From positions 396-64,395 of the forward strand of contig DASWUV010000086.1 in the NCBI GenBank assembly GCA_036401495.1: a DNA stretch of 64,000 nt. Reading direction: 5' to 3'. This document shows positions 28,291 to 37,889 of the stretch, piece by piece; the stretch's first letter is position 1; the number at the start of each line of letters is the position of its first letter. The notes below the pieces were generated by a model. The model was not told the DNA's origin and ran no database searches. It was given only the letters and a program-made list of their open reading frames with translations. Origin of the DNA: Pseudonocardia sp. (GTDB lineage: Bacteria > Actinomycetota > Actinomycetes > Mycobacteriales > Pseudonocardiaceae). Made by a program: the position numbers and the translations under genes.

Positions 28291-28968
28291 TCAGCTCGCG
28301 TCGTTGCGGCGGGTGAGGGCGTCGAGGCGCGACTGCAGGTCGTCCAGCCGGGCCTGCAACAACGCCATCTCGGCGTGCAGCACCGCAACCTGGCCCGCAC
28401 CGGAGATGTCCACGTCGATGGGCGCGGCCTCACCGCTGATCGTGACGCCGTGGCCCGCCAGCCGCGCGAAAGCCTGCAGCTCCAGCCGTGGCCGCGCACC
28501 GACACAGGCCAAGCAGGTGGGCAGCAGCTGACGCCAGCCGGTGCTCCCCGAGCCCGTGTCCACAAGGACGGTCGCTGCTTGCCCACAGTCGCAGCGGCTC
28601 AGCCGCACCGATCGCACCCGTTGACGGGAGTAGCGCAGCCCCCGTTCGTAGCGGCGGTACCGCCCCGATGCGGCGACCTCCAACAGCACAGCGTTGCGAT
28701 GCTCCGGCTCGCACGCGAGGTCGCGGGCCGACGCCACGTCGTGGAAGCAGTAGAAGCCGCAGTCACACCACTTCGAAGGGCTCGCGTGCCGGCTGCCCTG
28801 CACGCAGATGGCGTCGTCGACGGCGAGGTAGACGTGCCCGCGCCCCACGGTCACCCCACTGAAGCCTGCCCTGCTGCCGTCCGCGGAAAGCATGGGGTGG
28901 GCCAGCTTGAAGCCTGCCAACGGCTGCTCGGAGTGCTCGGGACCGCGGCGGCCGGACCGCCATGCCAT
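28291..28968 (-). CDS. Cys-rich hypothetical protein with C-terminal coiled coil
   Basis: WCDCGFYCFHD and CDCG...CLAC cysteine clusters. The C-terminus LHAEMALLQARLDDLQSRLDAL is heptad-like. Confidence 0.55.
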   Translation of the reverse strand: MAWRSGRRGPEHSEQPLAGFKLAHPMLSADGSRAGFSGVTVGRGHVYLAVDDAICVQGSRHASPSKWCDCGFYCFHDVASARDLACEPEHRNAVLLEVAASGRYRRYERGLRYSRQRVRSVRLSRCDCGQAATVLVDTGSGSTGWRQLLPTCLACVGARPRLELQAFARLAGHGVTISGEAAPIDVDISGAGQVAVLHAEMALLQARLDDLQSRLDALTRRNDAS

Positions 28969-28971
28969 GGG

Positions 28972-29106
28972 TCAGGCCCGCACCGGCTCGGTGACGGCCT
29001 CGACCTCTACGCGCGGCTCGGGGGCTGCCTCCACCACCGGCGGTGAGATCTCGTCCGCTTCGGAGTCAACGGCGTAGCCCTCGGCGAGCTTTCGGCCAAG
29101 CTGCAT
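28972..29106 (-). CDS. Small acidic ORF (44 aa), hypothetical
   Basis: GGGAGG RBS 4 nt upstream of the ATG at 29106. Its stop lies 3 nt before the start of 28291..28968. Below the track length cutoff. Confidence 0.35.
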   Translation of the reverse strand: MQLGRKLAEGYAVDSEADEISPPVVEAAPEPRVEVEAVTEPVRA

Positions 29107-29178
29107 GAGTCCTCCCGATGGTGTTCTCGGCGTGGACCCAGAGTGACTTGCTGAGCGGCTCCTGTCCAGAGGAGGGGC

Positions 29179-29790
29179 TCAGATGGAACTCGCCGCCCGC
29201 AACGCGGCATGTTGCGACTTGATTTCCGCGTTCTTGTTGACCGGATCGTGCGCCTGGTCGGGCACCGCCCCACCCGCCACGGCGATCTGGCTCATCGTCG
29301 TGGCCATGCCCAGAATGTGCGCGAGCCGGGCCTCCGCCGCGTCGACAGGCTGCTGGGAGCCGTCCGCCAGCGCGAGGATCCGGTCGGCCCACATCGCCTC
29401 GTTGTGCAGACCCGCCTCGACCAGCACGCCGTGCAGCCGCTGGCGCATCGTGCGGGGGTCGAGGTGGAGCCAACTGTCGAGCGCGGCCGCGTCCCACGGG
29501 AAGAGCCGTCCCCGTTCTCGGAAGTAGATCAATTCAAGCGCGTAGACGTTCGCGTAGGCGCAGTAGGCGCAGCCGTTGCGCAGCGCGGCGACGACGCAGG
29601 CGAGGTGCACCCGGACCGGTCCGAGGACGGCCGTCGTGACCAGGTACCGGGGCATGTTCGTGGCAAACCACACGAGCGCCCTCGTCGGGCCCATGTGGTC
29701 TACGGCCAGGGCGATGATTCTGGGCGGGAACCCCCACATGAGCCCACACATGAAGCTCACCACTGTCACAACGAGCCGCTTTCCCGTCAC
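29179..29790 (-). CDS. AhpD/carboxymuconolactone-decarboxylase-like protein
   Basis: The NGCAYCAY (CxxC) motif in a helical protein. Confidence 0.5.
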   Translation of the reverse strand: MTGKRLVVTVVSFMCGLMWGFPPRIIALAVDHMGPTRALVWFATNMPRYLVTTAVLGPVRVHLACVVAALRNGCAYCAYANVYALELIYFRERGRLFPWDAAALDSWLHLDPRTMRQRLHGVLVEAGLHNEAMWADRILALADGSQQPVDAAEARLAHILGMATTMSQIAVAGGAVPDQAHDPVNKNAEIKSQHAALRAASSI

Positions 29791-30033
29791 GGCTCGCCTC
29801 TTATGTCACTCACGGTGATGAAGACACTACTCGTATGACTGGCCTTTGGGGGAGGTCCCAGCGGCAAGCAGCGACGGCCGCATGGCGCGCCGCGCCCGGT
29901 GGTAGTTCGCCGACCCCTCGGCGCTCGGCGCGCGGCCACCGCCGCTGCACGAGCAGTACACGATCGCTCGGCGTGACCACCCGTCCGTGACGGCGTGTCG
30001 GGTGGTTGCCGTGTCGCCCGGTTACGGTGGCGC

Positions 30034-30498
30034 ATGCGTGGCGACGACCGCACCGAGGGCGAGCACGTGGCGCGCCTGCTCGGCCTGGCGCCTTTGCCCG
30101 ACGAGGGCGGGCTGTTCCGCCGGACCTTCGCCGACGCTCACTCGTCGGCGATCTACTTCCTCCTCCTCACGCCGGACGTCTCTGCTCTGCACGTGTTGAC
30201 CGCGACCGAGACCTACCACTGGTACGCGGGCTCACCCCTGCGGATGCTCCTTCTGCACGCTGATGGCCGCTTCAGCGAGCCGAAGCTCGGACCAGGAATC
30301 GATGCGGGCGAGCGTCCCCAGCTCGTGGTGTCTGCGGGAACGTGGCAGGGCTCGGCTCCGGTGGGGGCCTGGTCCCTCGTCGGCACGACGACGGCGCCGC
30401 CCTTCGAGTGGTCGGGCTTTCGTCTGGGCGAGCGCGCCGACCTCGTTCGCCGTTGGCCGTCGGCGAGCGAACGGATCGCCGCGCTCACCCGACGCTGA
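30034..30498 (+). CDS. Cupin domain protein (DUF985-like)
   Basis: LPDEGGLFRRTF ... IYFLL ... HWYAGSPL pattern. Confidence 0.6.
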   Translation: MRGDDRTEGEHVARLLGLAPLPDEGGLFRRTFADAHSSAIYFLLLTPDVSALHVLTATETYHWYAGSPLRMLLLHADGRFSEPKLGPGIDAGERPQLVVSAGTWQGSAPVGAWSLVGTTTAPPFEWSGFRLGERADLVRRWPSASERIAALTRR

Positions 30499-30527
30499 CC
30501 GTCGCAGGGGGGCGCAGAGGCCTCTCC

Positions 30528-31301
30528 TTAGTCCGGTAGCGGCTGGTGGATCGCGAAGGGCGCACCGAACGGGTCGGCCACCACACCCATCCGACCGAAC
30601 GGAGTGTCCTCGGCGGGCTGCAGGATGGTTCCCCCGAGCCGCTCCACGGTGGCAAACGCAGCATCGACGTCGGTGGAGCCGAAGTAGACGAGCCAGTGCG
30701 AGGGAGTGCCCTCCGGCGTGCCCATCATGCCGCCGAGACCGCCGAGCGGGTCGCCGCCGGTGGAGAAGGTGCCGTACCCGGAGATGTCGACCCCGGGCAC
30801 CGGCCCGTAGGACCAGCCGAAGACGTCGGTGTAGAACGCCCGGCCCGTCTCGACATCGGAGAGGCGCGCGTCCTCCCAGACGATGCCGCCCGGCTCGTTG
30901 ACCACGCCTGCGCCGATCATGCCCATGGCCTGCCAGACGCCGAACACCGCGCCCGTCGGGTCGGCCGCGATGCACATACGGCCGTTGCCTGCCACGTCCA
31001 TCGGGGGCAGCACGACGGTGCCACCGTGCTCCCCGATCAGCTTGGCCGTGGCGTCGGCGTCGTCGCTCGCGATGTACAGGGTCCAGAACGTCGGCTGGCC
31101 CTCGGCCATGATCGGCCCGACGCCTGCCGCGGCCCGGCCGTCGACCTGGGCGATGTGGTAGTTGCCGAACTCCTCCCCGCTGTCGACGAGCGTCCAGCCG
31201 AGCACGGCGGAGTAGAACTCGACGGCCTTGGGCAGGTCGGGCACGGACAGGTCGGCCCAGGACGGCGAGCCTGCGGGCCAGGGGGTGTCACGGGTGGGCA
31301 T
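30528..31301 (-). CDS. VOC (glyoxalase/bleomycin-resistance) family protein, two-module
   Basis: Duplicated module: AVEFYSAVLGWT ... GAVFGVWQ and GRAFYTDVFGW ... GAPFAIHQ. The track ORF is trimmed to the ATG at 31301. Confidence 0.8.
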   Translation of the reverse strand: MPTRDTPWPAGSPSWADLSVPDLPKAVEFYSAVLGWTLVDSGEEFGNYHIAQVDGRAAAGVGPIMAEGQPTFWTLYIASDDADATAKLIGEHGGTVVLPPMDVAGNGRMCIAADPTGAVFGVWQAMGMIGAGVVNEPGGIVWEDARLSDVETGRAFYTDVFGWSYGPVPGVDISGYGTFSTGGDPLGGLGGMMGTPEGTPSHWLVYFGSTDVDAAFATVERLGGTILQPAEDTPFGRMGVVADPFGAPFAIHQPLPD

Positions 31302-31392
31302 GTGATGCTCCTCTCTTGTCGGACAGGCCGAGCCTCCCACCGACCCCCGACAGTTTGTGGAGCGGGCTCGGCGGGCGGCTATCGTCTCGCGG

Positions 31393-33111
31393 ATGCCGGA
31401 GCAGCCCGTCGGACGTGTCACCGGCACCGAGGATGCGACCCCCCTGCTCTTCTCTGTCGCGGTCGCGCCACAGCAGTACCTGCAGCTCGACGACGTGGTC
31501 ACCACGGCGCGGTCCGTGCCCGGCATCGGTGAGGTGCGCACGTCGGGGGTCGTGACCCAGGTCGTCGCCCGCCACGAGGGCACCAACTACGGGTCCGACG
31601 TCTTCCTCGTCGCCGACGGTGTGCTGCCCGCGCACGTCCAGGAGATCGCCGAGGTGACCACCACCCGGGTCGAGCCGGAATGCTACGTGCCGCCGACGCC
31701 GGGGTCCCTCGTCCGCAGGGCCACCGGCGAGGAGCGGGCGCAGGCGCTCTACTTCGACCAGATGCAGCGCAAGGTTCCGGTGGGCAAGGGCCGCGACGGG
31801 TACCCCATCTACCTCAACCTGGAGTTCCTCGACGGCACCCGCGGCGGGCACGTGTCGATCAGCGGGATCTCCGGCGTGGCGACGAAGACCAGCTTCGCCC
31901 TCTTCCTGCTGTACTCGATCTTCCAGTCGGGGGTGTTGGGGAAGCGGTCGGTCAACGCGAAGGCACTGGTGTTCAGCGTCAAGGGCGAGGACCTGCTGTT
32001 CCTCGACCACCGCAACGTCCGGCTCGACGGCGATCTCGTCGCCGACTACGCCGCGCTCGGTCTGCCCGCGGCGGCCTTCGCGTCGACGGGCTTCTACGCC
32101 CCACCGACGCCCGACGACCCCAGCGGTCGCCCGTTCGTCGCGGGCCGGACGACCGGGGTCACGGCGTTCTGGTGGACGCTCGCCGAATTCTGTGCGGGCG
32201 AGCTGCTGCCCTACGTCTTCGCCGATGCGGAGGACGAGCGCAACCAGTACACGATGGTGATCCACACGGTGGCCGCGCGGTTGCGCCGCGAGGCGACCGC
32301 GCTCGACGACGGCGCCGTGTCGATCGAAGGGCAGATCCTGCGCACCTACGACGCGCTCGTCGAGTTCGTCTCCGAGCGTCTCTCCGACGAGGATGCGCGG
32401 CGGGACTGGGCCGGTCCGGTCACCGGCACAGGCACGGTCAACGCGTTTCTCCGGCGCCTGCGTTCGTCGCTGAAACCGTTGCGCGGCGTCGTGCGCGGCG
32501 ACCTCCCGGACACCCCGGGACGGCGGGTGTCGACCGAAAGCAAGCAGGTCACGGTCGTCGACTTGCACAACCTGCCCGAACGCGCCCAGCGGTTCGTCGT
32601 CGGCGTTGTGCTCGCCGCGGAAACCGCGCGCAAGGAGGCGGCGGGCCCGAGCGGGCTGCTGTTCACGATGATCGACGAGCTGAACAAGTACGCGCCCCGC
32701 GAAGGCAGCAGCCCGATCAAGGAGGTGCTGCTCGACATCGCCGAACGCGGCCGCTCGCTCGGCATCATCCTCATCGGCGCGCAGCAGACGGCGTCCGAGG
32801 TGGAGCGGCGGATCGTCGCCAACTCCTCGATCAAGGTCGTCGGCCGGTTGGACCCGGCCGAGGCGGGCCGTCCGGAGTACGGGTTCCTCCCCCCGTCGCA
32901 GCGCAGCCGGGCGACGTTGGCCAAGCCCGGCACCATGTTCGTCTCCCAGCCCGAGATCCCGGTCCCGCTCGCCGTCGAGTTCCCGTTTCCGGCGTGGGCA
33001 ACGCGGCTGTCGGAGTCGGCGGGGGAGGCGCCGAGCACGAACGGCTCCACCCCGCGTGACCCGTTCGCCCGGCTCGCCGCGACGACCGAGGACGACGACG
33101 CCCCGTTCTGA
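31393..33111 (+). CDS. herA: HerA-like (FtsK/HerA superfamily) ATPase
   Basis: HAS-barrel-like N-terminus (PVGRVTG...LQLDDVV...GVVTQV), P-loop region GISGVATKTS, Walker B FTMIDELNKYAP, and ERGRSLGIILIGAQQTASEV. Confidence 0.7.
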   Translation: MPEQPVGRVTGTEDATPLLFSVAVAPQQYLQLDDVVTTARSVPGIGEVRTSGVVTQVVARHEGTNYGSDVFLVADGVLPAHVQEIAEVTTTRVEPECYVPPTPGSLVRRATGEERAQALYFDQMQRKVPVGKGRDGYPIYLNLEFLDGTRGGHVSISGISGVATKTSFALFLLYSIFQSGVLGKRSVNAKALVFSVKGEDLLFLDHRNVRLDGDLVADYAALGLPAAAFASTGFYAPPTPDDPSGRPFVAGRTTGVTAFWWTLAEFCAGELLPYVFADAEDERNQYTMVIHTVAARLRREATALDDGAVSIEGQILRTYDALVEFVSERLSDEDARRDWAGPVTGTGTVNAFLRRLRSSLKPLRGVVRGDLPDTPGRRVSTESKQVTVVDLHNLPERAQRFVVGVVLAAETARKEAAGPSGLLFTMIDELNKYAPREGSSPIKEVLLDIAERGRSLGIILIGAQQTASEVERRIVANSSIKVVGRLDPAEAGRPEYGFLPPSQRSRATLAKPGTMFVSQPEIPVPLAVEFPFPAWATRLSESAGEAPSTNGSTPRDPFARLAATTEDDDAPF

Positions 33112-33132
33112 GCCCGCGGTCCCACATCTCGG

Positions 33133-33208
33133 GGGCTCACACACACCCGGCGGAGCTCACACACATTGCGCAACGTGTGTGTGCGCCCCCCGCGATGTGT
33201 GCGAGCCC
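33133..33208. repeat. Nested-palindrome intergenic repeat (copy 1 of 3)
   Basis: GGGCTCACACACAC-N-GAGCTCACACACA-TTGCGCAA-CGTGTGTGTGCGC-N-ATGTGTGCGAGCCC. Two related copies are at 49387..49583. Confidence 0.75.
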
Positions 33209-33318
33209 CGTGCGCGGCCTCGTCAACCCCCTGCTCTGCCCCTCGCGCCGATCACGAGCCCCTTGCGGGCGTGCCGTGCCACGGAGTGGGTGGGGGGCGC
33301 GCCTACGATGGCTGCCTC

Positions 33319-34470
33319 ATGCGGTTCCTGCACACCGCCGACTGGCACGTCGGCAAGACGCTGAAGGGACGCTCCCGGCTCGACGAGCAGGAGCAGGTGT
33401 TGCGCGAGATCGTCACGATCGCGCGAGCCCGCGAGGTGGACGCCGTGCTGGTCGCGGGCGATCTGTACGACACCGCCGCGCCGTCGGCCGACGCGCAGAA
33501 GCTGGTCAACCGCACCCTGCTCGGGCTGGCGCGCGACGGCGTCGACGTGATCGCAATCGCGGGCAACCACGACCACGCCGCCACGATCGACGCCTACCGC
33601 GGCTTCGCCGCGGCCGCGGGGATCACGCTCGTCGGGTCGGTGCGCACGGCCGACCGCGGGGGAGTCGTGGAGCTCACCGCCCGCTCGACCGGTGAGCGCG
33701 CGACGGTGGCCGTCCTACCGTTCCTGTCCACGCGCTACGCCGTGCGCGCCGCCGAGCTCGTCGCGGGCACACCCGCCGAGCACACCGGCGCCTACGACCA
33801 GCAGCTCCGCGACATCCTGGGCCGCCTCACCTCGGGCTTCCGCGACGACGCGGTGAACCTCGTCATGGCCCACCTCACCGTGCTCGACGGCAAGATGGGC
33901 GGCGGCGAACGCGCCGCCCAGTCGATCTTCGAGTACGCGGTGCCCTCGGCGATCTTCCCCGTCGACGCGCACTACGTCGCGCTCGGCCACCTCCACCGCC
34001 GCCAGACGGTCACCGCCGCCTGCCCGGTGCACTACAGCGGCGCTCCGCTCGCCGTCGACTTCGGCGAGCAGGAGAACACTGCGAGCGTCGTCTTGGTCGA
34101 GGCCGCAGCGGGGACACCCGCCGTGGTGACCGACATCCCGATCCAGGCGGGACGGCGATTGCGGACACTGCGGGGGAGCGTCGCGGAACTGTCGGACCTG
34201 AGTGAGATGGTCGGCGACGACTTCCTCAGGGTCTACGTCCGCGAACCCGCGCGGGCCGGGCTGCGGGAGGAGGTCACCGCCCTGCTGCCCAACGCCCTGG
34301 AGGTGCGCATCGATCCTGAGTTCGCCGCGCCGGTCGTCGCGTCCCGCCCCTCGCAGGAGCCGGGCCGCACGCCACCGCAGCTGTTCGACGAGTACCTCGC
34401 GACGCGTGGGGTGGCCGACCCCCGCGTCGCCGGGCTCTTCCGCACGCTGCACGAGCGGTTCACCGGCTGA
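33319..34470 (+). CDS. sbcD: Exonuclease SbcD (Mre11-type phosphoesterase)
   Basis: Motifs DWHVGK, GDLYD, GNHD and GHLH. The track ORF is trimmed to the ATG at 33319. Confidence 0.9.
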   Translation: MRFLHTADWHVGKTLKGRSRLDEQEQVLREIVTIARAREVDAVLVAGDLYDTAAPSADAQKLVNRTLLGLARDGVDVIAIAGNHDHAATIDAYRGFAAAAGITLVGSVRTADRGGVVELTARSTGERATVAVLPFLSTRYAVRAAELVAGTPAEHTGAYDQQLRDILGRLTSGFRDDAVNLVMAHLTVLDGKMGGGERAAQSIFEYAVPSAIFPVDAHYVALGHLHRRQTVTAACPVHYSGAPLAVDFGEQENTASVVLVEAAAGTPAVVTDIPIQAGRRLRTLRGSVAELSDLSEMVGDDFLRVYVREPARAGLREEVTALLPNALEVRIDPEFAAPVVASRPSQEPGRTPPQLFDEYLATRGVADPRVAGLFRTLHERFTG

Positions 34471-37400
34471 TGCGCCCCGTCCTGCTGGAGATGACGGGCT
34501 TCGGGTCCTTCCGCGAGCCGACGACCGTCGACTTCCGGGGCGCCGAGTACTTCGCGCTGGTCGGTCCCACCGGTTCGGGCAAATCGACGGTGATCGACGC
34601 GTTGACGTTCGCGCTGTACGGCTCGGTGCCGCGCTGGGACAACGCGCGGACCGTGGCGTTGGCGCTCGCCCCGACCGTCGCCAGGGGCACGGTGCGGTTC
34701 GTCTTCGACGTCGGCGTGGGACGTCCGACGGGGCCGCGGTGGGAGCGCTACGTCGTCGCGCGCGAGCTGCGGAGGGCGGCGAGCGGCGCCGTGTCGGTTC
34801 GCACCGCCCGGCTGGAACGCCTGCGTGACCCCGCGGGCACCGGCGCGGTCGACGAGGAGACCGAGCCGGTGGCCGACGGTTCGCCCGGCGTCACCAGGGC
34901 CGTCGAGGAGCTGCTCGGGCTGCCGTTCGGCGACTTCACGACGTGCGTCGTGCTGCCGCAGGGCGAGTTCGCGGAGTTCCTGCACACCGAGCCGCGCAAA
35001 CGCCAGGAGACGCTGGTCCGGCTGTTGGGGCTCGGCGTCTACGACGTGATCGCGAAGGAGGCGAACACCGAGGCCCGCAACCAGGAGCAGCGCGCCAAGG
35101 TGCTCACGGAGCAGCTCGGCGGGTACGCCGATGCGACGGCCGACGCCGAGCGCGCCGCGGCCGACCGGGTCGGGGAGCTGTCGGCGCTGCGGGCCGCGGT
35201 GGACGCGGCCGTGCCACGGCTCACCGAAACCACGGCGGAGCTCGCCGCGGCCGAGGAGTCGCTGAGGCAGTTGACTGCCGAGCACGCGCGACTGATCCAC
35301 CTCGCCGCGCCTGCCGAGCTCGACGAGCTGGCCGTGCGGCGGCGGTCGGTCGACGACGAGCTGACGGCGGCCCGCGCCGCGGTGGACGCGGCCGAGGTCG
35401 CCGAGACCGCCGCGCGCGAGGCCGTGCCTGCCGCGCCGCACCGGGCTGCGTTGGAGGCGGCCCGCCGCCACCACGACGAGCTGGCGAGCGTCACGGCGGA
35501 GCTGCCCGGCGCGCGGGATCGGCACGTCAAGTCGCGGGACGCGGACGTCGCCGCAGGCGCGGACGCCGCAATGGCCCGGGACGTGGTGGAGGGCGCGCGG
35601 GCGACACGGGCCGCTGCCGCGACGGCGCTCGCCGAGGCAAGGGAGGTCGGCACACGGCTGGCGGCGGAGCGGGACGCTGTCCGCGCCGTCGTCGCGCCCG
35701 CGGGCCTCGACGAGCTCGAGAGCCGTCGGTCGGTGGCCGCCGCCGAGCTCGATCGCGCCGCGGGCTCGCTGGCCGCGGCGGAACGCGCCGACGCCGCAGC
35801 CCGGGCCCCGGCCGCCAGCGCACCGGACCGCGCTCCGCTGGAACAGGCGCGCCGCGACCACCGCGACCTCGACGTCGCCCACCGTGCCCGCGACGCCGCG
35901 CTGGCCGCGGCCGAGTCAGCCCGTGCTGTGCTCGCCGAGGCGACCGCGCGGGTAGGGCAGGCGGTGGCCCACCTCGAACACGCGCGCGCCTGGCGCGCGG
36001 TGAGCCTGCGCGCCGACCTCGCCGCCGCGCTGCGTCCCGGGCTGGTCGCGGGGCAGGACTGTCCGGTGTGCGCGCAGGTCGTCACCACGCTCCCGGACCC
36101 GCTTCCCGCGGGCGATCTGGATGCGGCCGACCGCGCGCTCGCTCTCGCCGAGGCCGCGCACGATGATGCCCGCAGCGCCGAGGGGAACGCCGTGGCCGTG
36201 GAAGCCAGGGCGTCGGCCGAAGCCGCGGCAGCGGCGAACACGGTGAGCAGGCTGACGACCGCGTTGGCGGCCGTGACCCTGCCCGGGGGCTTGCCCGGCG
36301 GCACCGCGGAAACCGTCTCGGCGATCCCGTCGGCCGCTGAGATCGACGCCGCGCTCGCGCATTTGGACGGCCTGACCCGGGCCGTGCGCACGACCGACGA
36401 GACGGTGCGCCGCGCCCGGGTCGAGCGGGACGCGGCGGCGACCCGCGTGGAGGACGTGCGGACGCAGGCCGCCGCCGCGGCGTCCGCGTTGCGGGCAGCC
36501 CGCGATCCGCTGGTCGCGCTGGGCGCCCCCGCCGTCGATGACGGGGATCCGGTGGCGGGCTGGTCCACCCTCGTCGCCTGGGCAGGCGCGGCAGCCGCCG
36601 AACGTGCGGCCGCCCTTCCTGCCGCTCGCGCCCACTACTCCGCGGCACAGGACGCCGACGCCGCCGCGGAGCAGGCGTTGCGGTCCGCCGAGCGGGTGGC
36701 GGAGCAGCGGCGTCGCGAGGAGACCGCCGCCGCCCGCGCCGAGCAGGAGGCGGGCGGGTTGGTGGCGCACCTGGAGCGGCGGGAACGGGAGTTGGCCGCG
36801 GCTCTGCGCGACGCGCCCGGCGACGCCGAGGTGGCGGCGGCGCTGGTGCGGATTGCGGCATTGGAGCGTGCTGCCGAGGACGCGCACGCGGCGCTGCGGT
36901 CGGCCAGAACCCGCGCCAAGGCCGCGGTGACCGGGGCCGCCGCGCTCGAGCGGGAGTTCGCCCGCGCCTGGGCCGAGCTGCGCGCGGCCCGCGACCCGCT
37001 GGTGGCGCTCGACGCGCCCGCGATCACGGGCGACGATCTCGTCGGGGCGTGGGCCGAGCTCGTCGAATGGGCAAGCGGCGCAGCGAAGGGTCGCGTCGAA
37101 GGGATGAGCACGGCACGGCGGGCGGCGGCCGCCGCAGCGGCCCGGCGGGCCGAGATCGCCCAGCGCATCGTCGACGACCTGGCCGCGCACGACCTCGCTG
37201 CCGCCCCCGCCGAGCCCGCCGCCATCCCCGCGGCGAGCGCGGTCGCCGCCGATCCCGCTGCCGCGGCGACCGCCGTAGCCACCGCGGTGGAGCGGGCACG
37301 CGGGGCACACGCGCGGGTCGTCGAACGTCGGGCGGCGGCAGCGGGCCTGCTCGCCGACCGGGACGCGGCCGTCGAGGCCCAGCAGGTGGCGAAGATGCTG

Positions 37401-37889
37401 GGCCACCTGCTGCGCTCCGACGGGTTTCCCCGGTGGCTGGTCGCCTCGGCGCTGGACGCGCTGGTCGCCGACGCCTCGGTCAGCCTCGCCGAGCTGTCAG
37501 GCGGACAGTTCGAGCTGACCCACGAGAACGGCGAGTTCCTCGTCGTCGACCACACCGACGCCGACGCGCGCCGCCCGGTCAAGACGCTCTCCGGCGGCGA
37601 GACGTTCCAGGCGAGCCTCGCGCTGGCCTTGGCGTTGTCGGCGCAGATGTCCGGCCTGGCCGCCCGCGGCGCCGCCCGCCTCGAGTCGATCTTCTTAGAC
37701 GAGGGGTTCGGCACGCTCGACGAGGCAAACCTGGAGACGGTCGCGAGCACCCTCGAAACGCTCGCCACCCGGGGCGACCGGGTCGTCGGAGTGATCACCC
37801 ACGTGCCTGCGCTGGCCGAGCGCGTGCCGGTTCGGTTCGCCGTTCGACGCGACCAGCGCAGCTCGTCGGTCACCAGGGAGGGCGCATGA
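34470..37889 (+). CDS. sbcC: SbcC/Rad50-type SMC-like ATPase
   Basis: Walker A GPTGSGKST, long Ala/Glu/Arg coiled coils with a central CPVC zinc hook, signature LSGGETFQ, and Walker B IFLDEGFGTLD. Confidence 0.9.
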   Translation: MRPVLLEMTGFGSFREPTTVDFRGAEYFALVGPTGSGKSTVIDALTFALYGSVPRWDNARTVALALAPTVARGTVRFVFDVGVGRPTGPRWERYVVARELRRAASGAVSVRTARLERLRDPAGTGAVDEETEPVADGSPGVTRAVEELLGLPFGDFTTCVVLPQGEFAEFLHTEPRKRQETLVRLLGLGVYDVIAKEANTEARNQEQRAKVLTEQLGGYADATADAERAAADRVGELSALRAAVDAAVPRLTETTAELAAAEESLRQLTAEHARLIHLAAPAELDELAVRRRSVDDELTAARAAVDAAEVAETAAREAVPAAPHRAALEAARRHHDELASVTAELPGARDRHVKSRDADVAAGADAAMARDVVEGARATRAAAATALAEAREVGTRLAAERDAVRAVVAPAGLDELESRRSVAAAELDRAAGSLAAAERADAAARAPAASAPDRAPLEQARRDHRDLDVAHRARDAALAAAESARAVLAEATARVGQAVAHLEHARAWRAVSLRADLAAALRPGLVAGQDCPVCAQVVTTLPDPLPAGDLDAADRALALAEAAHDDARSAEGNAVAVEARASAEAAAAANTVSRLTTALAAVTLPGGLPGGTAETVSAIPSAAEIDAALAHLDGLTRAVRTTDETVRRARVERDAAATRVEDVRTQAAAAASALRAARDPLVALGAPAVDDGDPVAGWSTLVAWAGAAAAERAAALPAARAHYSAAQDADAAAEQALRSAERVAEQRRREETAAARAEQEAGGLVAHLERRERELAAALRDAPGDAEVAAALVRIAALERAAEDAHAALRSARTRAKAAVTGAAALEREFARAWAELRAARDPLVALDAPAITGDDLVGAWAELVEWASGAAKGRVEGMSTARRAAAAAAARRAEIAQRIVDDLAAHDLAAAPAEPAAIPAASAVAADPAAAATAVATAVERARGAHARVVERRAAAAGLLADRDAAVEAQQVAKMLGHLLRSDGFPRWLVASALDALVADASVSLAELSGGQFELTHENGEFLVVDHTDADARRPVKTLSGGETFQASLALALALSAQMSGLAARGAARLESIFLDEGFGTLDEANLETVASTLETLATRGDRVVGVITHVPALAERVPVRFAVRRDQRSSSVTREGA

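Noticed and set aside
33133-33208. The CACACA/TGTGTG repeats here and at 49387..49583, considered as a possible CRISPR array.
   Set aside because: There are only one and two copies per site. Each unit is itself a nested palindrome of about 76 bp. There is no regular repeat-spacer periodicity and no cas genes in the window.
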